DNA of 64,000 nucleotides from Octopus vulgaris (GCA_951406725.2 OX597839.1:22940001-23004000); one strand, 5' to 3'; shown: positions 42,618 to 56,804, counted from the stretch's first letter. Program-made: numbers and translations. The notes: generated by a model from the sequence alone, not told the origin.

Positions 42618-44345
42618 GTGTACCCTTAATGTCATTCTCTGGGAGATTCAGCCTCACACAGAATGTGACAAGGCTGGCCCCTTTTGAATTACAGGTACTA
42701 CTAATTTTTACCAGCTGAATGGACTGGAGCGATATGAAATAAAGTGCCTTGCTCAAGGACATGATGCGTCACTGGGAATTGAACTCATGACCTTCCTGTT
42801 GTAAGCCAAATACTCTGGCACTCCATCAGTTACGACGACAAGGGTTCCAGCTGATTTGATCGATGGAACAGCCTGCTCATTGAATTAACATGCAAGTGGC
42901 TGAGTACTCCACAGTCACGTCTTCCCTTAACATAGTTCTCTCAGGGAGATTCAGCTTGACACAGAATGTGACAAGGTTGATCCCTTTCAATTACAGGTAC
43001 TACTCAATTTTGCCGGCTGAGTGGACTGGAGCAACATGAAATAAAGTGTCTTGCTCAAGGGATCAAACTCACAACCTGATAACTGTAAGCCAGATGCCTT
43101 CAACACTAAGCAATATACCTTCACTCTGTAACACGTAGGGGCAGACACAAGGCCATGTGGTGGAGAAGTTTTGGGTTCAATCCCAGTGAGTGTAAACAGT
43201 GTCTTGGCAATGACCTTGAGCAAGTCTCTTCTAACACAGCTTCAAGTCAACTACAACTCTGTGAGTGGAAATTAGTGGCAGATAGCATACAGAAGCCTGT
43301 CAGCAGATGGGTGGGTGTGTATGTGGGGGTATTTGCCTTTCATTTTTTAGGGGTCAATAAATTAAGTATCAGTTGCATATTGGGATTGATCTAATCGACT
43401 GGCCCCTCCCCCAAAATTTCAGGCCTTGTGCCTAGAGTAGAAGAGGAGTAGAAGAGGAGGAGAAATTTTCCTCAAGGGGAAAAAATTGCTGAGAGAGAGA
43501 TTTTATTTATATTTTTTATATACTCTTACTCTTTTACTCTTTTACTTGTTTCAGTCATTTGACTGCGGCCATGCTGGAGCACCGCCTTTAATCGAGCAAC
43601 TCGACCCTGGGACTTATTCTTTTGTAAGCCCAGTACTTATTCTATCGGTCTCTTTTGCCGAACCGCTAAGTGACGGGGACATAAACACACCAGCATCAGT
43701 TGTCAAACAATGCTAGGGGGACAAACAAAATATAATTATTTTATCATGCAAGAAATGATTCCTAAAGTTTGAAATTCAGAAGTCACAGACTGACAGAAAG
43801 GTTAGAGCACTGAGTATGTAGTTAGCATCATATAATCGCATTTCTTTACATTTTGAGTTCAAATCCTGCCATGGTCGACTTGGCCTTTTACCCATTGTGG
43901 CACTGATGAAATAAAGTAGCTGCCAGTCAAATATTGAGGAATAATTGAACGTTCTTGTAAAGCATCAAAGATTGAAATTAGAATAATAGAAGACTTTATA
44001 AACAGAATATCTGGCTGGTGGTGGTGGTGGATCATGGCAGTGGGTACACATATGGATACAGTTAGGAATATACAAGGAGGATACATATACATACATACAT
44101 AAATACATACATACATACATAGATATATACACATATATATACATACATACGGCACGTAAAAAGCACCCACTACACTCTCGGAGTGGTTGGCGTTAGGAAG
44201 GGCATCCAGCAGAAGAAACTCTGCCAGATCAAGACTGGTGCCTGGTGCAGCCATCTGGTTGCCAGCCCTCAGTCAAAATCGTCCAACCCATGCTAGCATG
44301 GAAAACGGATGTTAAATGATGATGATGATGATGATATATATATAT

Positions 44346-44398
<53 letters not shown>

Positions 44399-44671
44399 CA
44401 TACATACATACATACATACATACATACATACGAATACTGCTTGGTCGAATTTATTAACAATTAATTAATTCGACCCCCTTTTTTGATAACAATATAATGC
44501 TTTCTCTCCAAGAATTTGAACTGCAGTTTTTACCTCTGCAGAAATGGAATGCTCTATGACTCACGTGGGTGGACAGGGAGAATAATAGATCTCATTCGTA
44601 TTTTTGGATTCGCTAGTATTTCTGAAAAGTTCGGTGTGTGGTAAAGTGAATTCTTTTACTTTACCATATTT

Positions 44672-44718
<47 letters not shown>

Positions 44719-45048
44719 GAATACATATATACATGTGAAGGTGCATGGCTCAGTGGTTAGGGTGTTGCACTCACAATTGCAAGACCATGGGTTTGATTCC
44801 CAGACCAGGTGTTGCATTGTGTTCTTGAGCGTAGCACTTCATTTCATGTTGCGTTGCCATCATTTCGACATCTGACACCCAGTTGCACCTGTACAGGTAA
44901 TATCAATCTGATGGAGGGAGTGAGCTTATGTCTACACAGACATTTGATCGCTATACACAAATCATTTGTGTGGTTGTTTGGTAAGAAATTGTTGAACCCT
45001 CATTTGTCATCTAACAATAGGAGAGTCCATGATGACATATATACATAC

Positions 45049-45090
<42 letters not shown>

Positions 45091-45411
45091 CTATAGGTAT
45101 ATATGTACATACATACATACATATATATACATATATATATATTCAATTAGAGATTAAAATAGCTTCATTAAGGGATAGTAATATCCAATGAATTACTGGT
45201 TCATTACCTAATATTTTTTTTGTGAATAATAATATTCCTAAAATAATAATTCTAAGTATAAATCTTGGCTTATAAATATTCAGAAGAAAATTAAGAAAAT
45301 GCTAACATAGCAGTAATTTAATTTATCATCTGCAAAAATCCAACACAGAGAATATGTTGGATTTTGGGGATAATAAATGATATTAATACTCTATCTCCAT
45401 TTTCTTAGTTT

Positions 45412-45455
<44 letters not shown>

Positions 45456-45941
45456 TAGATATAGATAGATACATACATATATACATATATTTATATATGT
45501 GTATATATATATATATGAATACGTATATACATACATACACACATACATACATATATACATACATACACATACACGCAAAGGCTTCTGTGCCATGTTCTAG
45601 TTTTTATGCCTCTGGCTTATGTACATACAACACACACACACATGCATATCTGTATGTATGTTATGAAAGAGCAAGGAAGAGAGAGAGAGAGAGAGAGAGA
45701 GAGAAATGGATTATAGGAAGCAAAGTCGGTAAGGTTCTATATATTTGTTGTCAGCTGAGAGAAACAAAAGTACCGTTGCCTCCATTTACAACAACGTGGT
45801 CATTGAAACCAACCAAGTGCACAGTTTAAGTGAAACCCTGTCTTGAAATGGAGCCCATTGGAATAAAGATAAATTTAACAGATAGCCACATAATCAAAGA
45901 TACACACACACATATATACATAAGATATATATATAAAAGAC

Positions 45942-45980
<39 letters not shown>

Positions 45981-45982
<2 letters not shown>

Positions 45983-47278
45983 ACTCCTATGCATACTTAA
46001 GCTAGTATCCTGCCTCATTCTTGATTCCGAATTCCTTTTGCCAAGACTGTCCGTAAACGAAGTGATCCCAAGATAAGAAATCCTTGAACTTTAATTCATC
46101 CCGTATTTCTATTTATTAATTATTATTATTATTCTGATCCCCCAAGACGCCACTCTGTTTACTATTTCAGCCTCGCCTCGTTTTTGCATATTCTGTATAA
46201 TTCACTAGTTATCGTTATAGATATTTAAGATCTATTCTCCCTTACAGGGCTGATAGAAATTGGCTGCCGATTCTTCGCGCCCTTCTCTCCCCCTCTTTTT
46301 ACATTGTCTGTCTGGACTCCTATGCATACTTAAGCTAGTATCCTGCCTCATTCTTGATTCCGAATTCCTTTTGCCAAGACTGTCCGTAAACGAAGTGATC
46401 CCAAGATAAGAAATCCTTGAACTTTAATTCATCCCGTATTTCTATTTATTAATTATTATTATTATTCTGATCCCCCAAGACGCCACTCTGTTTACTATTT
46501 CAGCCTCGCCTCGTTTTTGCATATTCTGTATAATTCACTAGTTATCGTTATAGATATTTAAGATCTATTCTCCCTTACAGGGCTGATAGAAATTGGCTGC
46601 CGATTCTTCGCGCCCTTCTCTCCCCCTCTTTTTACATTGTCTGTCTGGACTCCTATGCATACTTAAGCTAGTATCCTGCCTCATTCTTGATTCCGAATTC
46701 CTTTTGCCAAGACTGTCCGTAAACGAAGTGATCCCAAGATAAGAAATCCTTGAACTTTAATTCATCCCGTATTTCTATTTATTAATTATTATTATTATTC
46801 TGATCCCCCAAGACGCCACTCTGTTTACTATTTCAGCCTCGCCTCGTTTTTGCATATTCTGTATAATTCACTAGTTATCGTTATAGATATTTAAGATCTA
46901 TTCTCCCTTACAGGGCTGATAGAAATTGGCTGCCGATTCTTCGCGCCCTTCTCTCCCCCTCTTTTTACATTGTCTGTCTGGACTCCTATGCATACTTAAG
47001 CTAGTATCCTGCCTCATTCTTGATTCCGAATTCCTTTTGCCAAGACTGTCCGTAAACGAAGTGATCCCAAGATAAGAAATCCTTGAACTTTAATTCATCC
47101 TGTATTTCTATTTATTAATTATTATTATTATTCTGATCCCCCAAGACGCCACTCTGTTTACTATTTCAGCCTCGCCTCGTTTTTGCATATTCTGTATAAT
47201 TCACTAGTTATCGTTATAGATATTTAAGATCTATTCTCCCTTACAGGGCTGATAGAAATTGGCTGCCGATTCTTCGCG
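45981..47278. repeat. 333 bp tandem repeat, about 3.9 near-identical copies
   Basis: GGACTCCTATGCATACTTAAG starts at 45981, 46314, 46647 and 46980. I noticed only one substitution (C to T at 47101). Confidence 0.97.
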
Positions 47279-47355
47279 GCGCGCCCGCCCTACCCACCCC
47301 CACCACCAATACCGAATATCTCTATTTTGCTCCAACTATACCGGATGTCGTTTCT

Positions 47356-48142
47356 CCCACCACCATTATAGGTGTCTACTCTTTGAACCCCCCTCTTCAA
47401 TACGCTATTTCACCATGCATTACCCCTCTCTCGATATCCTACGTTCTACTTGCCTAGAACCTGTCCTCTGAACCACCCCTCCCACTGGTGCTCCCCTATA
47501 TTTCTGCACCCCCCACCACCATTATAGGTGTCTACTCTTTGAACCCCCTCTTCAATATGCTATTTCACCATGCATTACCCCTCTCTCGATATCCTACGTT
47601 CTACTTGCCTAGAACCTGTCCTCTGAACCACCCCTCCCACTGGTGCTCCCCTATATTTCTGCACACCCCCACCACCATTATAGGTGTCTACTCTTTGAAC
47701 CCCCCTCTTCAATACGCTATTTCACCATACATTACCCTCTCTCGATATCCTACGTTCTACTTGCCTAGAACCTGTCCTCTGAACCACCCCTCCCACTGGT
47801 GCTCCCCTATATTTCTGCACCCCCCACCACCATTATAGGTGTCTACTCTTTGAACCCCCCTCTTCAATACGCTATTTCACCATGCATTACCCCTCTCTCG
47901 ATATCCTACGTTCTACTTGCCTAGAACCTGTCCTCTGAACCACCCCCTACCACTGGTGCTCCCCTATATTTCTGCACCCCCCCACCACCATTATAGGTGT
48001 CTACTATTTGAAGCCCCTCTTCAATACGCTATTTCACCATGCATTACCCCTCTCTCGGTATCCTACGTTCTACTTGCCTAGTACCTGTCCTCTGAACCAT
48101 CCCTCCCACTGGTGCTCCCCTATATTTCTGCACCCCCCCCCC
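47356..48142. repeat. About 156 bp tandem repeat, 5 copies
   Basis: ATTATAGGTGTCTACT occurs at 47365, 47521, 47677, 47832 and 47990. Confidence 0.97.
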
Positions 48143-48144
48143 AT

Positions 48145-48382
48145 AAAAAGCACCATCCGAACGTGGCCGATGGCAGACCCCTCTGGCACCTGTGCAGGTG
48201 GCACGTAAAAACACCCACTACACTCGCGGAGTGGTTGGCGTTAGGAAGGGCATCCAGCTGTAGAAACACTGCCAGACTAGACTGGAGCCTGGGGCAGTCC
48301 TGAGCTCCCCAGACCCCGGTCGAAACCGTCCAACCCGTGCTAGCGCGGAAAACGGACGTTAAATGATGATGATGATGATGAT
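48145..48382 (+). mobile_element. SINE family D 3' portion (Meta-domain-like core, (GAT)n tail)
   Basis: GGTTGGCGTTAGGAAGGGCATCCAGCTGTAGAAAC..GGAAAACGGACGTTAAATGATGAT. Other copies lie at about 8264-8420(+), 19935-20100(+), 21090-21320(+), 24680-24870(-), 30313-30610(-), 35210-35475(+), 44150-44335(+), 51330-51765(+), 53318-53565(-) and 56858-57037(-). Confidence 0.82.
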
Positions 48383-48631
48383 ATATATATATAGTTAATC
48401 AAAACAAGAAAGTACAAAAAAACACAACAACGTGAGGACGTGGAACAAATATAGTATTATTGGACGCTCAGGAAGGAAGGGAAGATGTAAATATACACAT
48501 CTTCAACACACACACATGCAAATATATAGAAGCACACACAAGCATGTCTGCACACAAACAAAGACAGATACATATATATACATACACAAAATATATGTAA
48601 AAGACAACATCTATCTATCTATCTATCTATC

Positions 48632-48663
<32 letters not shown>

Positions 48664-48920
48664 TATATGTATATATATATAGGCGCAATGGCCTAGTGGT
48701 TAGGGCAGCGGACTCGCGGTCGCAGGATCGCGGTTTCGATTCTCAGACCGGGCGTTGTGTGTGTTTATTGAGCGAAAACACCTAAAAGCTCTACGAGGCT
48801 CCGGCAGGGGATGGTGGTGATCCCTGCTGTACTCTTTCACCACAATGGCGGTGCCCCAGCATGGCCACAGCTCAAGAGCTGAAACTGGAAAAAACAAAAA
48901 CAAACAAACAAAACAATATG

Positions 48921-48953
<33 letters not shown>

Positions 48954-49487
48954 ACACACACGTTCAAAACACACACATCCACGCATAAACACGCACTTAT
49001 ATATCCAGAAGGCACACAGAAACATGTCTGCGCACACACACACACACACACACAAATGCACATGGGCAAAAATTAATTGAGCTGGGTTTAAAAGAGCCAG
49101 CAGCCAGCAGCCGGGTGCCTGGCAATGATGGAGAGAAGCCATGAAATAACACCGAAATCTTTGGCCCTCAAACTTTAGAAACACAACTGTTTATGAAGGT
49201 TAAAATGTTGCTGTAGGTGGGTTTGTTGCCCTTTTTTTATTCAACAAATTTCATCAGAGGAGGAGATAGGGTTGCCCTTTTGACCTTTCTCAGGGTCTCT
49301 GTGACTCGTACGAGGAAGGGAGGAAGCTTTCCTCCCCCCACCCGACCCCCACACATGCAGCAGACTTGCTATGATTAGAGATTAAACCGATTGTAAACTG
49401 GTGCAGCAGACAAATCACAGAAATGAGATTAAACAGTCTGAAACATTTAGTAACTACAAAGGGGTTTTGGTTTGGTTTTTATCACGA

Positions 49488-49702
49488 TACTCTTTCTCTT
49501 TTACTCTTTTACTTGTTTCAGTCATTTGACTGCGGCCATGCTGGAGCACCGCCTTTATTCGAGCAAATCGACCCCGGGACTTATTCTATGTAAGCCCAGT
49601 ACTTATTCTATCGGTCTCTTTTGCCGAACCGCTAAGTGACGGGGATGTAAACACACCAGCATCGGTTGTCAAGCAATGCTAGGGGGACAAACAGACACAC
49701 AA

Positions 49703-49751
<49 letters not shown>

Positions 49752-49890
49752 TACGACAGGCTTCTTTTAGTTTCCATCTACCAAATCCACTCACAAGGCA
49801 TTGGTCGGCCCGGGGCTATAGCAGAAGACACTTGCCCAAGGTGCCACGCAGTGGGACTGAACCCGGAACCATGTGGTTGGTTAGCAAACT
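49488..49890 (-). mobile_element. SINE family A
   Basis: Reverse complement with the extreme 5' end missing. Confidence 0.9.
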
Positions 49891-49932
49891 TTAACAAACA
49901 TCTGCGTCGGTCATCAGAGTTTTGGTTAGTTT

Positions 49933-50533
49933 TTAACCCTTCAGCATCCAAACTGACCCTATCCAGCCCAAATGTTCTTCCTGTTCTATGTTCAAACTGA
50001 CCAAATCTGGCCTCTCACGCCTACACTACAATTTCATTCTAAAAAATAAGCAACCACTTCATTGAAATCTCAAAGCTAGAAGATAATCCAGGATTAATTG
50101 GAAACAATGGGAATAAATAAGGATTAGCATTTGACAAAATAATCTGAATGCTTAAAGGGTTGAACCAGTCATATCCAGACCAGATATTCTTCCTGTTTTA
50201 CATTCAAACTGACCAGATCCTGCCTCTCTCACCTACCCTACAATGTCATTCTAAAAACACACAATCACCCCTCTCTCTCTCTTTCGGAGAGGCACTGAGC
50301 AGCTATACGCACACATACACACATGGCAGTAACTTCCACCTACCGAATTCAATCACAAAGCTCCGGTCGGCTCGGGGCTATAGTGGAAGACACCTACCCA
50401 AAGTGCCACGCAGTGGGACTGAATCACATAACTGGAATTTCAAAACTACAAAATCTAATGAATAAATTATTCAAAACAATATAAATAAACAAACATTAGA
50501 TTTGACAGAATAATATGAATGCTAAAGGGTTAA
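49933..50533 (+). mobile_element. Two adjacent copies of a TTAA-flanked piggyBac-type MITE; the second is interrupted by a SINE fragment
   Basis: The first copy runs TTAA-CCCTTCAGCAT...ATGCTTAAAGGG-TTGA (to about 50163). The second ends GAATGCTAAAGGG-TTAA. Both share the internal AAACTGACCAGATC..CCTACAATGTCATTCTAAAAA. Confidence 0.7.
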
Positions 50534-51840
50534 TGATATAATCCAAGAGTGAATAGCAGTATCCATGACCCCTTACAGGGTCTCTGAGTCTTAGTAGAAG
50601 GAAAGCAGGAAGTTATCATCCCACAAAAGACGTGGTCGGAATTTTGCTGCCAATGGTACTTATTCTATCAGAATATTTTGCTGAACTGTTAAGTTACAGG
50701 GACATAAACAAACCAACACTGGTTGTCAAGTGCCAGTGGTGGGTGGGTAGGTGGGTGGAACAAGCACAGATACACACATATATATATATATATATATACA
50801 ACAAGGTCTTTAGTGATTCCATCCTTTCAATCCACTCACAAGGCTTTGGTCAGCCCAAGGCTTCAATAGAAGACACAAGGTACCACACAGTGGGACAGAA
50901 CCTGAAACCATTTGGTTGAGAAGCAAACTTCTTGCCACACATAACTACTTTCAACTTACGCAATATTTTCAGTGCATATAATTATTCTTAACATAATTAA
51001 CCCTTTTCAATATATTTAATTATTTTTCAGCATATGTTTTCATATCTCCTTCCTGATTCTTCAGCCAAGAATCAACAAGTAGTCCCAGACCCTGAAGGCT
51101 TCAAGGGGAGGTTGTCCCTTTGATGATGTTGTCTTCTTTTTCAAGGAATACTTTATCAAAAGTAATGTTCCTTCTTTTTTTAAGATAACAGTGTGTGATC
51201 TGAAGGGAGTTTGACTGCAATTTCTAGTGAGTCATACAAACCAGGTAGTGAACTAATTTAGGTAAATATAATGACTTAACTAAAGTGGCACACTGTGCTT
51301 TTATAAAATTTTAAAAGTATGTGCCACTGGTATGTATCGATGCCAGTGCAGCTTGACTGGTTCTGTAAATGTAGCATGTAAAAAGCACCTTTTGAGCGTG
51401 GTTGTTACCAGTGCCACCTGACTGGCCCCAATGCCAGTGGCACATAAAAAGCAACATTCGAGCGTAGTTGTTACCACTGCCACCTGACTGTCTCCCATGC
51501 TGGTGGCACGTAATAAGAACCATTTGAGCGTGGTTATTGCCAGTGTTGCTTGACTGGCCCCCATGCCAGTAGCACATGAAAAGCTCCAGCTACACTCTTG
51601 GAGTAGTTGGCATTAGGAAGAGCATCCAGCTGTAGAAACCTTGCCAAATGAGATTGGAGCCTGGTGCAGCCTCCTAGCTTGCCAGTCCTCTGTCAAACTG
51701 TCCAACCCATGCCAGCATGGAAAGCAGAAGTTAAACGACAATGATAATGATAATGATGATGATGATAAACTTCTTTTTGGAAAGAATTCAAAACCATAAT
51801 TGCTGAATGCACCAGACACTGATGCAAAACAAATCCTTAA

Positions 51841-52250
51841 CTCTTTTACTCTTTACTCTTTTACTTGTTTCAGTCATTTGACTGTGGCCATGCTGGAGCA
51901 CCGCCTTAAATCGAGCAACTCGACCCCGGGACTTATTCTTTAGTAAGCCCAGTACTTATTCTATTGGTCTTTTTTTGCCGAACCACTAAGAAACGGGGAC
52001 ATAAACACACCAGCATCGGTTGTCAAGCAATGCTAGGGAGACAATCACAGACACACAAACACACACACATATATATATACATATATACGACAGGCTTCTT
52101 TCAGTTTCCGTCTACCAAATCCACTCACAAGGCATTGGTCAGCCCGGGGCTATAGCAGAAGACACTTGCCCAAGATGCCACGCAGTGGGACTGAACCCGG
52201 AACCATGTGGTTGGTTAGCAAGCTACTTACCACACAGCCACTCCTGCGCC
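51841..52250 (-). mobile_element. SINE family A, full length
   Basis: Reverse complement, near-identical. Confidence 0.9.
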
Positions 52251-54289
52251 TCAGATCTTGTGAAACCAGGGTGTATTTCGGTTGCAGGAAACGTGTAAGA
52301 TATTTCTTCAAAGAATACAACCATTTTCCAAGCCTCAAGAATGGAATTATTTAATAAAATGAAAGATTATAAAGTTATAGATTCTGACTGTAAGGAGAAT
52401 TGAATGCATGCAAGTGGAATAAGAGCTGTCAGGAATTTTGACATTCGGTGGAGGAAGGGGACGGAAAGGGAGAAGCAGTTGATATGCAATGGAATTAACA
52501 CAAAGAGGAGACAGAATTGATCCAAGGACAAGAGAGCGAAAGGACAGTGAAAAGTGACCAGTAGTGGACAGGAAGAAAGTTAATATGACTGTCAAAGTAA
52601 TTTGGTTAGTCTCAATCAATGAGAAAAGAGGGAGGAAGAGACGGTTTCTCCTGTAGACAAGAGAGAAGGTAAGAGAAGAGGAGGAAAAGAAGCAGGAAAG
52701 AGAGAGAGACAGAGAGTAGAAGAAGGAGAGAAAGGGAGGAGAAAGTGAGAGAGGGAGGAGAGAAAGAGAAGAAGAGAGAAATTAGAAAGGGGGGAGAGAG
52801 GAAGTAAGAGAGACAGGAAGAGATAGAAAGTGAGAAGAGGAGGTGAGAGAGGGAGGAGAGAAAGAGAAGAAGAGAGAAATTAGAAAGGGGGAGAGAGGAA
52901 GTAAGAGAGACTGGAAGAGATAGAAAGTGAGAGGAGGAGGAAGAAAATGGTATTGGTTGTTGTTTTGCTCAAGGTTAATCTTGACAGAGAGACAGGAGAT
53001 CAAAGACCCTTTCCACCCATGACTGCATTATTAAATTTGTTTTTGTTGTTATAAAGAACCGAGTGTTAGCTGAGGGTAAATTGGCTGCTATTTCTTGCAC
53101 GTAGAGACCACATAGAGTCTTTGTCTTTAATAGCAATATTTACCAGTGAAAATGAAGACCACAGCCATAAAGATATACCATATAATACTACATGATCACA
53201 TGATCAACCAGATTGTCAGATGAGGTTATACATCGCTGGTCACAATGCACTTTGCGTCATTTTAGCTTTTGAATAATGCCACTCCACTGGCAAGACAAGC
53301 AGGCCAACATTCCTCCTAATCATCATCATCATTATCATCATCATTTAATGTCTGCTTTCCATGCTGGCATGGGTTGGATGGTTTGATTGAGGATTGGCAA
53401 GCCAGGAGTTTGCACCAGGCTCCAATCTGATCTGATAAGTTTTCTACAGCTGGATGCCCTTCCTGATGCCAACCACTCTGAGAGTGTAGTGGGTAATTTT
53501 TATGTGCCACCAGCATGGGTACCAGTCAGGCAGCACTGGCATGAACCACACTCCAATGGTGCTTTTCAGTCACTGACATGGAACAGCTGGATGTCACCAC
53601 CACCACCACCAGCATCAACATCACTTAAATGCATGTACATTTGCATTAAACTCAGAAGGAATACATAGTCTCTCCAATAGAGTTACAATGCTAAGCTTAA
53701 CTGATGACAGAGCAATAACACTTGAAATATGCATATACACCAATTCCCTAGTTTTTCTATCTGTGATCACATTGTTTACAAAAATGTATTTGTATATGAA
53801 ATGTCATAATCTTTAGTGTTAGCTCTGAATTCTATTGAAGATCTGTAGAGATAAACTTAACCCTTAGAACCCAAAATGCTGGTGCACCAGCACTACACCA
53901 AAGCTGTATATTCCTGAAATGCCAGTCTTCACTTTTCACCAATTTGTACCCTTGTGTTGCGAAACAAGCATGTCTTTCAGCATATGTTTTAAAATTAAAA
54001 ATTTTCTGTGAAACTCGCTGGGAGCTTAGGGTGGTGCATTCAATTCTTGTGGGTGGGTGGGTAGGGTTCAAAGGGTTATGAAGATCAGGTTAATGTGATA
54101 TAAGCATTATCGTTAAAAAGTACAGCTGGCCGGCACGTGTGGCAGGTAGGGCTTGGTTGAGATGCTTCTATAATTGCAAGCAGACAGATACATTCACTCG
54201 ACCCCTTCATTTTCAACCCAGGATGTGAGAGCCGGAGAGAGAGAGAGAGAGAGACGGAGAGAGAGAGAGAGAGAGACAGAGAGAGAGAC

Positions 54290-54326
<37 letters not shown>

Positions 54327-54694
54327 GACAGACAAACAGACAGAGCTGCATCAAAACTCAACTGGTTCTTATTTACTCAGTAACAGTTAAGTAGACTGAA
54401 GCTCAAGAAGCTAAGTTACCCAGTCCAAGTCAAGGAATTGAACCCTTAACCTCGTGATCATCAGCCAAACAACCTAACCACAAAGCTAAGCACCTTCACT
54501 GAACATTATAAAGTTAAATATATCACATTAACTTTCTTCGTTCTAAACAGTTTAATGTCAAAGAAAATTACTGAATAACATGTCTTTCTCATCTGCTGAC
54601 TTACTTCAAGTTAAGTGACTTTGATAAAGAGACGAAGCTTGAGTTTAGTTCACAGGAACTTAAAACTCTATTTGGCTGAATTTCTGTAACTTCA

Positions 54695-55170
54695 CATCAT
54701 CATCATCATCATCATCATTGTTCGACCGTGGTCGAGACAATGGAATTTACCATGCTACGCCAGACTTCACGGTCCATTATGGCATTACAGAGGTCCTGTT
54801 GCTGGATGCCTGTATCCCTGGAGATTACATCAGGGTAGGAGAGTGTGCGCCCTCTGGTATCGCAAGTAGATGGCTTCCAGAGGAGAAGAGTAGAAATTGC
54901 CTTTTCAGCTCTACAACAATGTCCAGCAAACTGGACTCCCCTACCTTTCACAAGAGATGACACAGGTGGTAATTTCCCATATATTTGCATTTTGGTTGGA
55001 TGGCGCTTCCACGAGAGATTTTGAGCTCTCATAAGGAGGCGAGTGTAGGTTCCATCCAACCGCCTCTCAAGCTTCTTTGATAACGTCCAGGTTTCTGAAC
55101 CATATAGTAGAATTGGTTCGTCTGTGGCTTTGAATATTTCAAGTTTGAAGTCTCTACTTAGATTTGACAC
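54695..55170 (-). mobile_element. 3' fragment of an RTE-group LINE (post-RT C-terminal region) with a (TGA)n tail
   Basis: Translation includes KLEIFKATDEPILLYGSETWTL..RLDGTYTRLLMRAQNLSWK..FAGHC..DREVWRSMV. The stop codon runs directly into a TGA microsatellite tail. Confidence 0.88.
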
Positions 55171-55282
55171 AAATGCAGGGAAAACATGGAGTGTTACCTT
55201 ATTATGTGGAAATATTTCTGTCAACACAGATTACCAGAAATTTCCAGAGATTCTGGTTATTTACATATTCTTTGTTGGTCCT

Positions 55283-56408
55283 ATTATATTAAGTTGAGTC
55301 AAAATTTTGGGAATATTTTGGTAATTTTATTCAACAAGTTTTAACAAAAGCAGCGTAACATTCAAAGAAGAGGTCATTGTGTTGCACCATCTGAAGTCAC
55401 TTTTCTGCCAGTTCTTGGATTCCAAGCTGATACCAGTTTTGTCCTTCAAAAGGAAAGAAATCCTTCACTAAAACTTCCACCTCCTCATAGTTGGTGAAAC
55501 ACTGTGAGTGCAGGAAGTGAGACATGGACTGGAACAAGTAATAATCCAAGAGAGCTGGGCCTGGACTATATGCTAAGTGTGACATCAGCTTGATTCCCAC
55601 AACTTTATTCCAATATAAGGTCTTGCATTGTCATGCTGAAGAAGATCTCGCTTTCTGTTAACCAATGCCAGGTATTTTTGCTGCACAGGGGCATACTGAT
55701 TAGGGGACATCAATGACTGGACTGTCCAGAACAAAGTCATAGTGAATTATTCCCTTATAATTCTGCCAAATGCAGAGCATCCTCTTGCATTCAAAACATC
55801 CGGCTTTGGCAATAGATTCTGGGAGCTGGCTCTTGCTTAACCACTGCTTATGCACGTAAGGATTGCCAAACAATATCTCCCTTGGATTTTACCTGTGCCA
55901 ATCCATAGTTCACTTCCCATGCTCATGACACGTCATCAACCAAGAAGAGGGGGAAGCTTCAATTAAGGGATCCAAGAACTGATAGAAAGGGGTCTTCAGA
56001 CGATGCCCCATGATAGCCTCTTCTTTGAATTCTAAGCTGCTTTTGTTGTAATTTACCAAAGTATTGCAAAACTTTTGACTCTACACAATAGAACGGAGCA
56101 TGGATCTGATGCCACACCCAGCATATAGTCCAGACCTAGCACCCTCAGATTATTTTTTGTTCCCTTCCATGGCTCACTTCCTGTGTTCATGATGCTTCAT
56201 CAACTGAGAGGAGGTGGAAGACCCAGTGAAGGAGTTCTTTGCCTTGAAGGGACAAGAACTGGTATCATCATGGGATCCAAGAACTAGCAGAACGGGGTCT
56301 TCAGACGGTGCAACACGATGGCCTCTTCTTTGAATTCTTGGCTGCTTTTGGTGAAACTAAGCAAATAACTTACCGAAATATTGCCAAACTTTTGATTCAA
56401 CACAATAA
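55283..56408. mobile_element. Rearranged mariner transposon relic: transposase 3' part on the minus strand plus two plus-strand 3' ends
   Basis: Minus strand: LQHDNAR (about 55620-55640) and HLAYSPGPALLDYYLFQSM..GIQELAEK. Plus strand from about 56100: MPHPAYSPDLAPSDYFLFPSM, the mariner YSPDLAPxD motif, with stops. TIR-like ends occur at about 55285-55325 and, inverted, at about 56053-56090 and 56370-56407. Confidence 0.88.
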
Positions 56409-56804
56409 AACTGTAGACACTTGTAGTTCAATGTCGACAAGATAGCTGCAACCAGGCAGTTAGACAATGAGAGACATTAAAACATTCCTGAAATTGAATT
56501 CCTTATTGGAATCAAACCAAATTGAAAACATGTGTATTCAAAGGAGATTCAAAGAGAGAGACATACAGACAGACCAACAGACAGACAAACAAGAAGAAAG
56601 TGGTTGAGAGAAAATCAAATTCTAGGTAGAAACACAAATGAGAGTGTTTACATCAGACAAGAATTTTAATTAGGTTTGTGGCACAGTAATTCAGTTTGAA
56701 ATTGTTTATTGAATTCTCATTGGATACAAATCGTGAAATAAAGGGAATCTATGGGAATCTATGGAAGATCAAACTAGAAGCAACCAGAAAAATCTATGTT
56801 TATA

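Noticed and set aside
45981-47278. 333 bp tandem unit as a possible non-LTR retrozyme or coding repeat
   Set aside because: I found no CUGAnGA/GAAA hammerhead core on either strand and no ORF spanning a unit. It is kept only as a tandem repeat.
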